Positions 13,648 to 27,089 of a stretch of DNA of 64,000 nt are shown here, in pieces. The translations under genes were made by a program, and so were the position numbers. The stretch's first letter is position 1. Every line of letters starts with the position of its first letter. Below the pieces are notes generated by a model. That model did not search any database. It was not told where the DNA came from and saw only the letters and a list, made by a program, of their open reading frames with translations. Source of the DNA: the human T2T-CHM13v2.0 reference genome, Homo sapiens. Location of the stretch: NCBI RefSeq assembly GCF_009914755.1, contig NC_060935.1, one strand, 5' to 3'.

Positions 13648-14044
13648 AAAGGACGTTGGCCTAGAAGTAAAATGAACAAAAGTCAGGTCTTTTTCTTCCA
13701 TTTGCTAACTGAGGCACATTGTAAAACTCCTTATGCCTCTTTGCGCTCACCTATAAATTAGGGATAATAATAGCCTATTCCTCTCACAGGGATGGAGTGA
13801 GAAAATATACATATGCAGAAATGTTTCGAAGATTGTAACATACTGTGGAAAAGCAAATTATTACATCTAGGGCATTTTTTTCACTTGGGATATTTAAAAA
13901 GCATAAAACTGTCTCTTCCTAACGTGACTCATAACTAGATAGAAAACCCAAGCTATTCATATGCAAAATTTGGAGTAATCTAAGGTTTAGCTATCAACTC
14001 AAGACAACAATAGTAAAGTTATTAAAAGCAGTAAAAAGGAACAA

Positions 14045-14290
14045 TAAAATATAATGGTTAAGAGATTCATAGTTACACATATCCGAGTTGAAGTCCCAAT
14101 TTCAGCACATCTGAGTTGTGTGATCTTGGGCAATTCACTTATTTTCTGAGTCTTACTTTCCTCATCTGTAAAACAGAAATAATTCCTGCCTCACAATGCT
14201 TTTGAGGTATTACATCACTTGAAATATATACAAAAGAACACTTAGCACAGTGGCTGGCATTGGAGATGAACTTAATAAATGTTAATTAAC
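14045..14290 (+). mobile_element. MIR SINE
   Basis: 'ataatggttaagag...tgtgtgatcttgggcaattcactt...ttcctcatctgtaaaacag...cttagcacagtggctggca'. Confidence 0.8.
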
Positions 14291-15016
14291 AAATAGCAGT
14301 CATTACGTGATTTACTAGAAATTTCTCCTCCCTTTAATGCTTCCTCCATCCCTTCTAGAGCCAGGTGTTCCGTGTCTCAGGGTAGTGACGGCCTTTTAAC
14401 ATATTGAACATGTCCTGAATTATCTCAACACTCACATTAGTTACCCCAAGCTCCAGATTAATCTTTTCCCAGGATGGTTATTGACAATCTACTCTCAGTC
14501 TTTGCCTCCTGTCTCTTGATTTGTTTTGGATTTACAAGGAGACTCTGTTTTCAGCCCTGAGGTTGCAAATGAACTCATTCCTCTCTTTGCCTGAATCTTG
14601 GCCCCTTGTTACTTACTGAGTGAAAATGGCCCTAGCTTTGTTTTCAACTGGCTTGGAGGACAGCAGGGAATAAGACATGACAAAATGTCAAGAGGCCTGT
14701 CAGGAGAAGGGAGACCCTCAGATATGGGCCCCTCTATCCTGTGTCAGTCCCTATTATACCTGCATGAAGATGTTTTAGAATTCTGGGAGAAAAGGAAGAA
14801 GGTTGCCAATTGCCTTAGGATTTTTGGCATAATTCTTTTCATCTTAAAACAATGTTTTACATGTGAAGGCTGTTGTTTGAAGACTTGTCTGAAGCTGGTT
14901 TTCTTCATTAGAAATATAAACAGTCATTGAATTACAACAGGAGCACACTGTAATTTAAGGTAGAATTGCAGGAGGGCTGGTCCATGGAACAGGGGTTTTA
15001 ACCCTGGATGGGTTAA

Positions 15017-15514
<498 letters not shown>

Positions 15515-16254
15515 TAAAACAGTAGAGTTATTATGTAATGTCAATCATTGTCTTTCTTAGCATCCCTTAGCTATAGCCACTCACGCTTCCTAATCTGAGT
15601 GTATTCCTCCCTCCCTACCTCTTGGCTAGAAACAGCAGTGGAATGGCAAGCTCAGGCCCATTGGGTGGTGGAGAAGAAACTGCAATGATGAGCTTGGGAT
15701 AGACCAGCAACTCCAGATACCCACCAAATTTCAGCCTCCTCTCCCTCTTCCCAACAATTCCTACACGGTGTTCAATCTGGAGGGTGGATTTCCTGGTTTT
15801 TACATTCAGAGCTAGTGTTCATTTTAGAACCAGGATCTGTTTATCTGGGCTTTGCACCTACTCTTTCTTACCAACCTCCTCCAGCAAGGGCTGAAACGGG
15901 CTTCATTCTTTAGCCCTGAGCTAGGTCCCATTGTGAGTGGATGATCCCTGTGCCCAGAAAGCCCAGTTGCTATTGTCATCCTGAGCACGTGCCACCAGTG
16001 CCTATGTTGGGCACACGGACAGGACAGCTGAGCTGCCAGCTACCAGAATCACATGAACTTCTTCCTGTCAGCCTTTGTCGTCCTCTTTCTACAGAGCCCC
16101 CAAAACTAAAAGCCTGAGCTTGCTCTGTAGCTAATCCACCTGAACCATGAGAAATCATATCTTCGTGCATGAACTTTCAGATACATTTAGAGCCAAGCTT
16201 TCTGTAATACCCTGGGCTACCATACCTGAGGAATATGGCCACATGCACAGGTGC

Positions 16255-16452
16255 TGGGACAGACATAACTGGATTCGAGTCCTGAGTCTGCACAGGCAGT
16301 GTCCTCAGGCAAGTCACTTCCTTTTCTGAGCCCTCAATTCCTCAACTGCAAATGACATAACGAGACCCACGTTCACAGTGAAGCAATGCATCTGACACAC
16401 TCAGACTAGTGCCTGGTACACAGTAAGCGGCAATACAAAGTACTCATTATAT
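16255..16452 (+). mobile_element. MIR SINE
   Basis: 'ctggattcgagtcctgagtctgc...ggcaagtcacttccttttctgagccctcaattcctc...gtgcctggtacacagtaagc'. Confidence 0.75.
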
Positions 16453-17079
16453 TACCATGCATGATTCGGGAAGGTAAACCTTCTGTTTAATCCTGTGATA
16501 CCTGGCTGCAATTTAAAACATAGTTTTAAACATTGAAATAAGCAGAGTTGCATTGTGAGCAGAGTACAACATTCATATAAATCTTTCAGATAAAACAGGT
16601 AACTTCCCAAAACTTTCTTTCTGCTGTGCGTTGCTTTGGGCTCCCCCTCTGACAGCCTGAGGGGAGAAGCTTTTTTCTCTGCTCTTCAAGGTATTTCAAA
16701 GACTTCGGTAATAAACAATAAAGCTTAAGTCAGAAAGGGAAGAATACAGGAAATACATTTGCAGAGAGAAGATCAATGTGTTAGGTACGGATGGTTAAGA
16801 AGGAGGTTTAGATTATTTTTGGCTCTTTTTACACAGACATTTACCCCTATTTCCTTGGTCATCTCTGTCCAGCCCCTCCTACCAAACAAATGCTCCTTTC
16901 AGGGCTGTAGGGAAGATATTGTGGGAATTGTTATCTGGAGGGAAGCTGGTTTGGAAGCTTTGAGAGTAGGAATAAGTTTCTGAAATTCTTTGGACCTCAG
17001 TTTTCTCATCTGGCAAACGGGATTTCTAATACTTACCTCACAGCATTGTGGGATTAGATATACGTCTCTAAACTACCAC

Positions 17080-18125
17080 CCACGTTTCCCAGCCCTACCC
17101 AGAATCAGAGCTGTTACCAGCCTGGCCACAGTCACCTCCACCATGACCTGGGCTCCTGCAACATCCTCCCAGTCGGCGTCCCTATTTCTGTTCTTTCTCA
17201 CCCTGCCTCCAATAACCAGAGTCCAGCCAGCACATTTTTGAGGAACTGCACTAGCTTCGTACCTTTTATCTCTTGCAGCCCTCTTTCGGCTTTGCATTAT
17301 GCTTGGAATAAAATCCAGGCTCCTTACCAGCATTCGCCCAGGCTGCCTCTCCTCCTCATGCTCCAACCTTCTCCCCAGGACCACACTTCACTTCTTTATG
17401 TTCCTGAGCACATTCCTGTCCTAGAAACTCAGCCTGCCAGCCCCTCTCCCAGTTGCCCTTTGTTCTGGCCACCTTGAGGCCGATCCATTCACATCCTTCG
17501 AGTCCCAGATGAAATGCCACTTTCTGTGTAAGACAGAAGGCAATGGAACCCCAGCGAGAGACGGTGAGCCCTGAACTAGAGCTTCTAGCTGATTTCCCTC
17601 CTCCTGGCCTCACTCTTTTCAAACTCAGCCTCCTCATGGCTCAGAGAAAGAGAGCTGAAGCATGAACGCATCACTCTTCTTCTTAAATCTCCTAATTCCT
17701 CCCCGCCATTTGGAGGATAATGTTCAAGCTCGTGAATTTGGCCCGTAAGACCCGCCACAACGCTTCTGCAGCTCCAGCTCCCTTGTGACCATCTGGCCAC
17801 AGCCCAGTCTGTTTTGCTTTCATGCTACCGTTTCTCAGTTCGGTATCTTTTGTTCATGTTGCCCTGTGTACCTGCTGTGCCCCCCTGGCACCTCCTCCAG
17901 GAAGCCAAGCCACCCGGTTTGCCTCAGATGCCCCTCCTGGTATCCCCATCAATCTCTGGGCCTAACCTGAAGCTACCTCTCTGCTTAGTGTCATTTCTTG
18001 ATGTCTTTATGACCCTAGGGTCTCACTAGACTCCTGCTTCTCAGCATCTCTGCACTGCCCAAGGTGCACAGTGCACCCCTGGAGTGTTACTCAATGTTTG
18101 CTGAATGAGTGAATAAATAAATGAA
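17080..18125 (+). mobile_element. L2 LINE 3' fragments
   Basis: Pyrimidine-rich L2 body ending 'ctcaatgtttgctgaatgagtgaataaataaatgaa'. Confidence 0.7.
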
Positions 18126-18759
18126 CCTGTGATTCAATAACAATCTATTTCTTGGTGCATTTGCTTCTTTGATTCATTTTGGGCACTATGAACTCTCTTC
18201 TGCTTCGCTAATATAACCTAATGTACATACTCATCTGACTATATTTTGGTCAGCTAATCGATTCTGTTTGCTACTCCCTTGTCTTTTATGTGGTTCTATG
18301 CAGCTGTGTGAAATGATACCCATAGCTGTCATTTATTCAGCACTTACTCTGTGCCTGACACTGTTTAAAGGCTTCTTTCCATGTGTTAAGTCTTGTAATT
18401 TTTTAAAGAACCTTCTCAAGGAAGTATTATTATTATCATCATTCCCTGTTGTAGATGATAAATCATAGGCAGAGGGCATAATTTCCCCCATCATGCATAA
18501 CTGGTACAAGGCAATACCAGTCTCGGGGCCTATGCACTGCTGCTCTAGGGCCTGGCACTAATCACTGGATGGCATTTTCCTTCTTCTGCCAGAACCAACC
18601 TCTTCTCTCGGTGAGGCAGCCCGGAACATCACTTGTCCTCATTTTGGTGTTCATAGGACCAGTCCGAGGCACATTTTGTGTTTTCCATGTTCACATTTGT
18701 CCTTTCAACATCCTTGTTTTTCCTTTTTCTTACCTGATGCTGTCATATGACTCCTTTAT

Positions 18760-18930
18760 GCTTAGGGTAGTGGACCAGAATAATCTGGAAGGCCTCTTAA
18801 AGCACAGACCATGCATCGCACTCCAGACTCTCTGATTCAGGACGTCTGTAATGGGGCCCAAGGTCGGGGGCTTCTCACAAGTTCCCAGGTGGTGCTGCTG
18901 CTGCTGGTTCGGGGGCTGTGCACTGAGACC
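18760..18930. mobile_element. MER5A hAT DNA transposon
   Basis: 'cagaataatctggaaggcctcttaaagcacaga...ctctgattcagga...ctcacaagttcccaggtggtgctg'. Confidence 0.7.
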
Positions 18931-19527
18931 TATGGTCCAAGGCCACTTGCAGCTCTGCCCTACCCCACCTCCCCAGCACATGGCCTTCCATGTTCTTTTC
19001 TGATTTTCGCACTCCCAGTCTCCAGTTTTACTTGTTCTAGTGCTTATGGCCCCAGGGATTTGCTCTGGCCCCTGAACACTTGATATATGTAAAAGTGTTG
19101 TGTATAGTTAGGTATTTTGTTACCCCAACTAAGTAGCTGATTTGCTTCTGTCTGGAAGGGTGGGTGGAGGGCATCCTGGGTGGAAGGAAGAGGTAGGCGA
19201 ATGGGTGATACTCAAGCTCTCACCTGCATGCATCACACCATGTTGGTAAATCTTTCCCACCTCTGTGCAGGTCTGGCCTTGGCAGGGATCCATGGAAGTA
19301 ACCGACAACCCTCCTTTTCACCCACAGTTCTGCAGAGAAGCCCAGCCTTATCTATGCCTCGTTCTTACTGCACACCACTCAGGGAATCACATTAAAGCAA
19401 ATAATGAGATTTGCATACAGACATTAGACAAAGAATAGACTCCCTAAGCAGGAAACCACACAGCCCGTAATTGCTGTAGGTATCTAAGGTGTCAGGCCTC
19501 TGCTACCCAGTGAGGCTGCAAACCAGC

Positions 19528-19750
19528 TTTTTCATCATAAAGGAATGAGCTGCCAATGATTTTCAGAGCTTGATTAATGCTCTTCAAACCGATCTCCATT
19601 GGGTGCAGAAGTGAAGCCCGAGGAAGATGGATGTTTCCTATTACTTGACGTAATGACTGTGAGGCAAGCTAATGAAACCTTTACAGCCCGAGTTTACAGG
19701 AAAAAAACCAACAAACACAGATCAATACCTGAGTTACAGTTCCAATGCAT
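19528..19750 (+). mobile_element. Penelope-like retroelement (PLE) reverse-transcriptase fossil
   Basis: Across two frameshifts: FFIIKE*AANDFQSLINALQTDLHW / EEDGCFLLLDVMTVRQANETFTARVYRK / PTNTDQYLSYSSN, matching the PLE RT C-terminal signature F...LN.....I.FT.E.E.DG.LPFLDV.V.R......T.VYRKPTHT..YL...S.HP. Confidence 0.8.
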
Positions 19751-20439
19751 TGATAAATGGATGACAGGCTGTGGGCCTGGCCCCAGCATAAAAAAAGAGA
19801 GCAGGAAGAAAGGTTGGGGGATGTTGAAAGGGAACTGGAGGCAGAAAGAAGAAGAAGGGTTAAACCACCGTGTGGACTGATGGGCCCAAGGGCACCAAGA
19901 GGAGGTTGTAAATCTGAGCACGTGTATGTCAAGGGAAAGAGAAGGACCAGACAGCCAGGAGGTGAGAGGAAGTAAAAAGCGGGCAGGCTGCACAGCCAGA
20001 CTTCCTTCACTCAAGGAATCGGGTCCACAAGTGAGGCTGGGACGCACATCCTGGCCAGGCTGCTCTCATCATGAAATGGGCAGCGCTTCTGATATTCCCC
20101 TGCACTAATTAAAACTTCAGCCCCACTGCTTGCATTCCCAGTTCTCATTATGATTTTCTTCTGGTGACACAGGCATCCCTTTGTTTCCTGAGTCCTAGAA
20201 GCAGGTCCCCGACGAGGAACAACGATGCCTGGACTCAGCTTCAGCCTCTGTTCTTCTACCGTTCAGAAGCCACCCTCCGGCAAGGTGACCCCGGCTGCTG
20301 GATGGGGCAAGCCCAGGAATTCTCGGCTTCTGACACATGACGCATTCATCTTCTCCGACAGTGTTCCCATGCACAACTTGTGGTTCGGGTTGGAAATGCA
20401 AAGTGGAAAAATGCATAGCAGTATCCCCTCCTCCAAGGC

Positions 20440-20700
20440 CTCAGTCTCTGTGCTCATATTCACTGAGACTAGTGACCCCCGACTTCCCACTCGCCGGCCC
20501 CTCCTCCTCCCCTTCCAACATAATATGCTGTTTACTTATTTATTGTGTTCATTTTCCGTCTCACCCAAATCTATTCTAGAAAAGGTTTTGTTTTGTTTTG
20601 TTATTTTTCAGTGTTCTGTCCACTGTTGTACCCCCAGTACTTAGCTTCCCATTTGCTACGCAGCAGACACTCAGTAGATATTGGTTGAGTGAAGAAATGA
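20440..20700 (+). mobile_element. L2 3' end
   Basis: Ends 'gcagacactcagtagatattggttgagtgaagaaatga'. Confidence 0.65.
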
Positions 20701-21879
20701 TTGAGGACCAGTCATCATGCTTTTGTCCTAGCCTCACTGGGAACCAGCTATACAGCTATTGCCCTGTGTCTCAGTTTCCTTATTGGGAAATGGGGATAAT
20801 AATCTCTAAAGAAACAGATGGATGCATATATGCAAACTATTTATATGTTTGTATATTCCTATCTGTAAAGTGTTTGTATATTCACATATGTAAAGTAAAA
20901 AATGTAAAACGTTGGATAAATATAATGGATGCACACTATTTACAGTGCATGGACACCTGTCATGATAAACAAACTGGAGAAGCAATCACTAGCAAATAGA
21001 TCATATCGATATGTGTGTGCCCCCATGAAAACCTCCACATTGTTGAAAGTGCTACCTGCTCTAATCTCCTGTTTGTGAAGATTAGCCCTATTTCTCTATC
21101 CAAAAAGAAGTTATCTTGGGGGCCCAGCACCCCAAAAAATTAGATCTCAGGCCATTGCACTATGTCTAAGGGGTATGTTGTATAAGATGTGCACGTAGTG
21201 GAAATTGGACAAAGGGCACTATATATAGAATGTGGAAGTGGAGTTTTCAGGACCTGTGCTTTAAATATCAGGCATGACATCGTCACCAGCACCTCCAGGA
21301 GCGGAGCCGGAGGCAGGATTCTCTGGGGAGTGCATTTCCTCCAGTTCTGCTGATGCAGGAGAGAAGGGTGAATCAGCAGTAGGCGGCTGAAAGTTTTGAT
21401 AATCACAATTTGCTCTGGGTGATCAAGTGGGGCCTGGATGGAGGGAAACAATTGGATATCTAACTAGGCTAAGCAAGAGGGCTCAGGGGACTGGCAGGAG
21501 AAGGATACAGTGCTTTTACCTCCTGATCACGCTTTTCCCATCTGGTCATTTTATTTGTCAATTTTTCCCATTTCATTTACCAGGCTGTTCCCTGACTGTT
21601 ACCTCCTCTGGCAAATAGCTCAGCCAATCATTCTGCCTTGGGAAGGATGTCTGGCTAAAGTGCCCAATGTGGCCCCACCTAGGCCTTTTCCTATGAGTAC
21701 CCCTCTCTGTGGCCCAAGATCCTCTCCAGCTCCCCCATGATATTAGGTGTGGGATCCACAACTTGCCTGCGGCAGAGAAACCCAGACACTCTCATCCTGC
21801 CCTTTTCTTTCGTCATGAAACAGGGTTGTGGGTTGGGTGGGAAAGGGGCTGAGGGGGTGAGTTTAGAGAGAGGAGGCTG

Positions 21880-22060
21880 GAAATGAGATTCCCAGCTCCA
21901 TCATTATTAGCAATGTGACTTTGGGGATATTGCCACACCTCTCTGAGCCCCATCTTCCTTCATACCAAGATGATAATCTCTCTCTCATAGTCTCTGGTGA
22001 GAACCAGAGAGCAGGAGACACAAGTGCTGACCCATAGTAGGTGAGGGGTACACAACTATT
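21880..22060 (+). mobile_element. MIR SINE
   Basis: 'gattcccagctccatcattattagcaatgtgactttgggg...ctctctgagccccatcttcct'. Confidence 0.65.
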
Positions 22061-22236
22061 GAGTATACACAATGGTCTCTCGAGAGCTGTCTCTACTGTT
22101 GAATTTTTGAATTCCTAAAACCAGAAGGGAAGAAAAACCAACATTGAATAAAAGTGCTAGACTGTAGTAGGTGCCTGTGTATGTCATCATATCACTCCCC
22201 GCCAACAGACTTATAAACTGAAGAGTAGTAGTCCAC

Positions 22237-22605
22237 TGCTCTGGTTTACATATGTCCCCCAAAAACCGTGTGTTGGAAACATAATCCTCAAGGCAACAGT
22301 GTTGAGAGGTGGAGCCTGATAAGAAGTGATTAGACCACAAGGGCTGTATGGTTACGAATGGATTAATACCATTATTACAGAAGTGGGATCTTTAAAAAAT
22401 AATGAGTTTGCCCCCCTTTTGTCTCTCTCTCACTCTCTCTTGCCATTCTACTTTCTGCCATGATGATACATCAAGAAGGTCCTTGCCAGATACCACCTCT
22501 TGATCTTGGGCTTCTCAACCTCCAGAACTCTGAGCCAATAAATTTCTGTTCATTATAAATCACCTAGTCTGTGGTACTCTATTAAAGCAGCCCAAAATAG
22601 ATGAG
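22237..22605 (+). mobile_element. MaLR solo LTR (MSTC/MSTD-like)
   Basis: 'tgctctggtttacatatgtcccccaaaa...cctccagaactctgagccaataaatttctgttcattataaatcacctagtctgtggta'. Confidence 0.8.
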
Positions 22606-23611
22606 GAAACTGAAAAACTTAATAGATGAGGAAACTGAATTACAGAAAGAATTACTAACTTGTGCAAGGTTAGGCTGCTGATAAATCAGAGCTGGAGCTC
22701 CATACTGGTTTTGATTTCAAAGTCCATCCCTTTCCCCATCACTAGGCTGAATCCCAGGAGACTGAAGGTTAACCAGAGAAAATTCCAGACTGCATGACTG
22801 GTAGAGTTTGCCCACAACCCCTAGGCATGAGACACGTGGTTTGTAAATCACATTGCACTTGCCAGTATGTCTGCTGCCACCACCTCACTGCACAATAATG
22901 AGAACCACCTGCTGCAAAACAAAGCAAGGAAAAGAAAAGAAAGCTTCACTGTGGTCTGGAAATAGCTGCAATTAACAGTAGCACTCTAGCCCAGCACATA
23001 GGCAGATCATGAGGCAGCCACAAGGCATAGCCCTCTGCAGCCAGGGCCTGGGCAGAATAACCTAGTGGAGAGTGGTACCCATGGACCTCCAGCCTTGGAT
23101 TTGATAAAGAGAAAAAGATGAGCTAATATTCATTAAACTCCTAATATGTGTCCCTCATGGTACTATATACCTCCCTATACTGTACTTTATTTGCTTCTGA
23201 AAATAATCTTGCATAGTGTATCTTACTCCCATTCTACAAATAAGAAAACTGAGGCTTAACAAAGTCACCCATCTGGAGAGCAGAGTCACTAGCTAAGTAA
23301 AAGAATTCAGCAGAAGTACTGAGAACTGACCAAAGGCAGAGTCCAGAGAAACAAAGGGAGGGAGAGAAGTTCCTACGCATATACTAGTTCTATTTGCTGT
23401 AAAGTACTCCCTGTCTACCCAACCCCATCCTAACCTAAAGAACTACTATTCAACCTTTGAGAGTTAAGTAAGTCATCACCTCTCAGAAGCCTTTCCCAAC
23501 ATCCCCAGTTAGGTCTTGTAATCTAAGGACCTGACATAGTGCTTAGAATACTAGCGCCTGCCTAATAAGTGTTCGATATTTGTCGACAGATAAATAAGTG
23601 ACTAAGCAAAA

Positions 23612-23730
23612 GTCTAGAGCTGTGTTGTGCAACAGAATTCTTGCAATAATAGGGATGTACTTTAATCTGTGTTGTCCAGAGCAGCAGCCAGCAGCAACAT
23701 GTGGCTTTGGCTGTTGTATAGGACAACACA
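23612..23730. mobile_element. MER3-like hAT DNA transposon, internally deleted
   Basis: 'tctagagctgtgttgtgcaacagaattcttgcaataataggg...tgttgtcca...acatgtggct...ggacaacaca'. Confidence 0.6.
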
Positions 23731-25259
23731 TGTCTGGATACCTGGTGCTTTCTGTGCTCCCGCCATTGCTGCCATCAGAAAACTCATTAACCACGAAGGC
23801 TGTGGGGGCCAATCAGGCCCAGCTGATTCTGCACTTGAGTAAATCCAGCCATGCTCCTTGGAACGTGGCTAGCTCATCCTGTAATGCTTTTTGGGAACTT
23901 CTACTTTTGTTAGCTATTTGTTCAAGATAGCAATTTATAAGGAAATATGAGAATTTGATTCTCTGTGAGCACCAAATCCTTCCATGACAGTAAGATAGGC
24001 ATCTTCATCTCTTCATAGGGTCACCTTGGGTCCATTTTACTTCTCAGCTCAGCACTGTGGGAAGCCGACCACAGATGGACAAAGCTCAAGCATTCACAGT
24101 CTCGAAAAAGGGATTTAGGGTAGAGATTAGGGCACAGAGAGGGCAACACCAAGGTTGAAGGCATCTCCTTGGGAACACTTTATTATCTTCCGGGTTTCAA
24201 ATATTAGGGCACTTCAATAAGTATTCCAGGAATTGGTACTTTAGGAACATATCGATACTCATTTAGATTGATCTATTCCTTCTTCCAGAGTACGTGACCT
24301 ACCTTAAAGTTCAATAAAGAGTAAAGAATGGCAGGAGGTGAGGCAGGAGCTTTGACACTCGGTAGACAGCTTTCACACAGAGCTGTTAAGCCAACTCTGA
24401 AGGGATAGCAATCTACTTCCTGTCCTCCAGTGTGGTTGAAGAAGGAAATCAGAGAGGGCTAGTGGCCCCTGGGTGATGTGAGGTCCCTGGGTTTTAAGTA
24501 ATAGAATCACTGCTCTTCCCAGCTGGACTGGGCTACCGTGACAGGCACTCGCTGGAGGCACCCTGTGTCTCAGCTCTGTTCTGACCTGAGAGCTCGCTCT
24601 TGGAGAAGGCTGTTGAGGCTCTCTTCAGGATGTGAAGAAGGTGTAATAGTGGCTTTCACCCAGCTTGGCGGCCCTGGTTCTAGATGTTTGTGGTTTGCTT
24701 GGATATTAGGTGTAAGGGAGATAGAGTGTGGGAGGCTGAGACAGCCCTGTGGGTGATTCTGGGATGCCAGGCAGAGCTGGGTCTCACTCTGTCTCTGAAT
24801 TCTGCCCCTAACTCCCCACAGTGGGGCCACATACATTTTCCATCATGGAGCACTCCTGTTCTCCCCACTTTCCTATTCCAGGCCCCCTTTCCTCTTGAGA
24901 TGCAAATACACTTTTCCTTTCCAGTCTGAGCAGTACAAGATTCTCTAAATTAGGGTGCTGACTCTAGGAAGAAATGCTTAGTGAATGATGGCTCATGGTT
25001 GCTAAGCAAATCTGAGCTGCCTGACTTCTGCATGGAGTTCTCAGGATTCTCCATGGAGTGACTAAGAACGGAACAAATCATTTGGCCCAGAGTAGTGGGT
25101 TTCTGTGCTATTAGTCGAGGCAGCTTAGTGTAACAGAAAAAGCAGTTTTTTCTTTTACTGGTTGTCAGGAGTTCTCTAGATCTGCCTCTGTCACTGCCTA
25201 ACTCGAGAGCTATGACCTCTCAGAGCCTCAGTTGCCTAATCGATGGAAAGAGGGCATCG

Positions 25260-25450
25260 GATCAGATTTTATGCTTGTTGAGCTGTATTTCTCAGAGAAC
25301 ACGGTGGAATGGTGGTAGGTGGGACACTGAATCCCCACTTCTGCTTCCAGTGGATTACTTATGTGTTTATCTCTTTTATTGATTTACATCTCTGCATAAG
25401 ATTTGGTTTGAAAAAATATTTGATGGCTAAAAATAATCTGAAGTCCCTGG
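25260..25450. mobile_element. hAT-type MER (MER103C-like) inserted in a MIR
   Basis: 'acatctctgcataagatttggtttgaaaaaatatttgatggctaaaaataatctgaag'; MIR pieces flank it ('actagatgatctctaagg'). Confidence 0.5.
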
Positions 25451-26094
25451 ACTAGATGATCTCTAAGGTGCCCTTGTAGCTCTGTAATTTTAATGTAGCA
25501 CCTGCTAATTGGATCTGATCATAAACCCAGGTCAGAGACTAACAGCTTGAGGTAAGAAGTCTTGAGGCTGTGTTTCAACTCATTTTAGCAATTTGCTCAC
25601 TTCTATACATCTGACCCTTGGGGTTAAATCTGTAGCTGTTTTTGTGTGTGAGCATTTGTGTTTGTGAGTCCTCTAGAGCACTGGGAAAGTGTGCTGAAGA
25701 TGTCTTTCTCATTTCATTTTCCCTCTGAGGGGCCTGTAGGATGGCACACAGGTCTGCAAGGGAGACTGAGCTTTCTACCTTTGCCTGGAGACTTCTGATG
25801 CCTTTGCCCCAGGAGGGCTCACCACACGGGGAGTCAGGACAACCTTCACTTGCGGGTCATGGGAGATGTTGTACCTTATTCTCCCTCTGAAAAAATAATA
25901 ATGACTCATGAAGCACGGGCCAGGGTCAACCACAAAGATAGATTGATCTAATGACTTTTTCTCAAATGCCTATCGTATGCTCTAACACTTCAATTCACCT
26001 CTTCCTGTCACTCTACAATTTGGGTTTGTGCTCTAGGAATTACAATAGGGAACCCACTCTTGGAGTGAGAGCTAAAGAACTCCTCTACCTCAAA

Positions 26095-26440
26095 GTGTCT
26101 TTTTTTTCTTTTAAGATCAACTTTATTGAGGTACAATTTACATATGATAAAGAGACAGTTATAGAACTCCAGTGCATAGTCTACAAATTTTGAGAAATAT
26201 GTTTTCATGTGAATACTCCCCAATCAAGATAATGGAGCATTTCCATCACCCACTCCACCATCATGTCCACCACCATGGCATACCATTGGTAGGCTAGTAT
26301 AGCATGGTGGTGAGGAGTGAGTGGTTGGCTGATGGAAATACTCTGTGTTTTGATTAGGTTTGGGTTACATGGAATTTACATGCATCAAAATTCATGCAAC
26401 TGAGCACTTGAAATGTGTGCAATTTACAGTTGAAATTGAG
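26095..26440. mobile_element. Two short old-L1 3' UTR fragments in opposite orientations
   Basis: Minus: 'actttattgaggtacaatttacata...aatcaagataatggagcatttccatcacccc'; plus: 'gatggaaatactctgtgttttgatt...gtcaaaa-like catcaaaattcatgcaactgagcacttgaaatgtgtgca'. Confidence 0.6.
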
Positions 26441-27039
26441 AAAGCTTAAGTAAATGCCTTAATACCACACATTTATTAAGTGACTGACCCCAAACCTGAC
26501 CCAAGTACCATTGAATTTCAATGCCATCCTCATCACTACCATGTTACCCTGCCTCCCCTCATGACTGTATTCATAGATGGAGGTAGTGCAGGTTGGGAAC
26601 TAGCACTCTGGCTTAACCTTTTCATTGTATAAAGAAGAAAACAAACTGTTAGAGGTAGGGCAATTTATGTAGCAGATTGGTAGTGAAGCCCAGACCAGAT
26701 CCCATATTCAGGGTTTCTCAGTCTAGTGAGGGAGCTAAGAATGGCAGTGTCCATATCATTATATCAGTTATGAGTTGTCATATCACAGAACTTGCTTGGA
26801 CATGAAGAGCTGTCAGTGCCCTATTTGATTACAGTGATTATTCCTATGAATATGGAGTGCTTTACAGTCATACTTCTCTCACAGAAGACACATGGAATCA
26901 GGTGGAGATCTTGTTAAAGTACAGATTCTGATGAAGGAAGTCTTGGGAATCTCAAAAACATTTTGAAGAATTCAAAACCAAAATTAAGTACATTATATTA
27001 AAAAATTCCCATAAGATTTCCTCTCTTCCCGTGGGGGAA

Positions 27040-27072
<33 letters not shown>

Positions 27073-27089
27073 CACACACACACACACAC
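27040..27089. repeat. (CA)n microsatellite with one CG interruption
   Basis: Read directly. Confidence 0.97.

Noticed and set aside
19599-19880. 93-aa ORF as a domesticated Penelope-derived protein
   Set aside because: Non-ATG start, frameshifts on both sides, an upstream stop and no YxDD motif; the homology leaves this frame after VYRKK.
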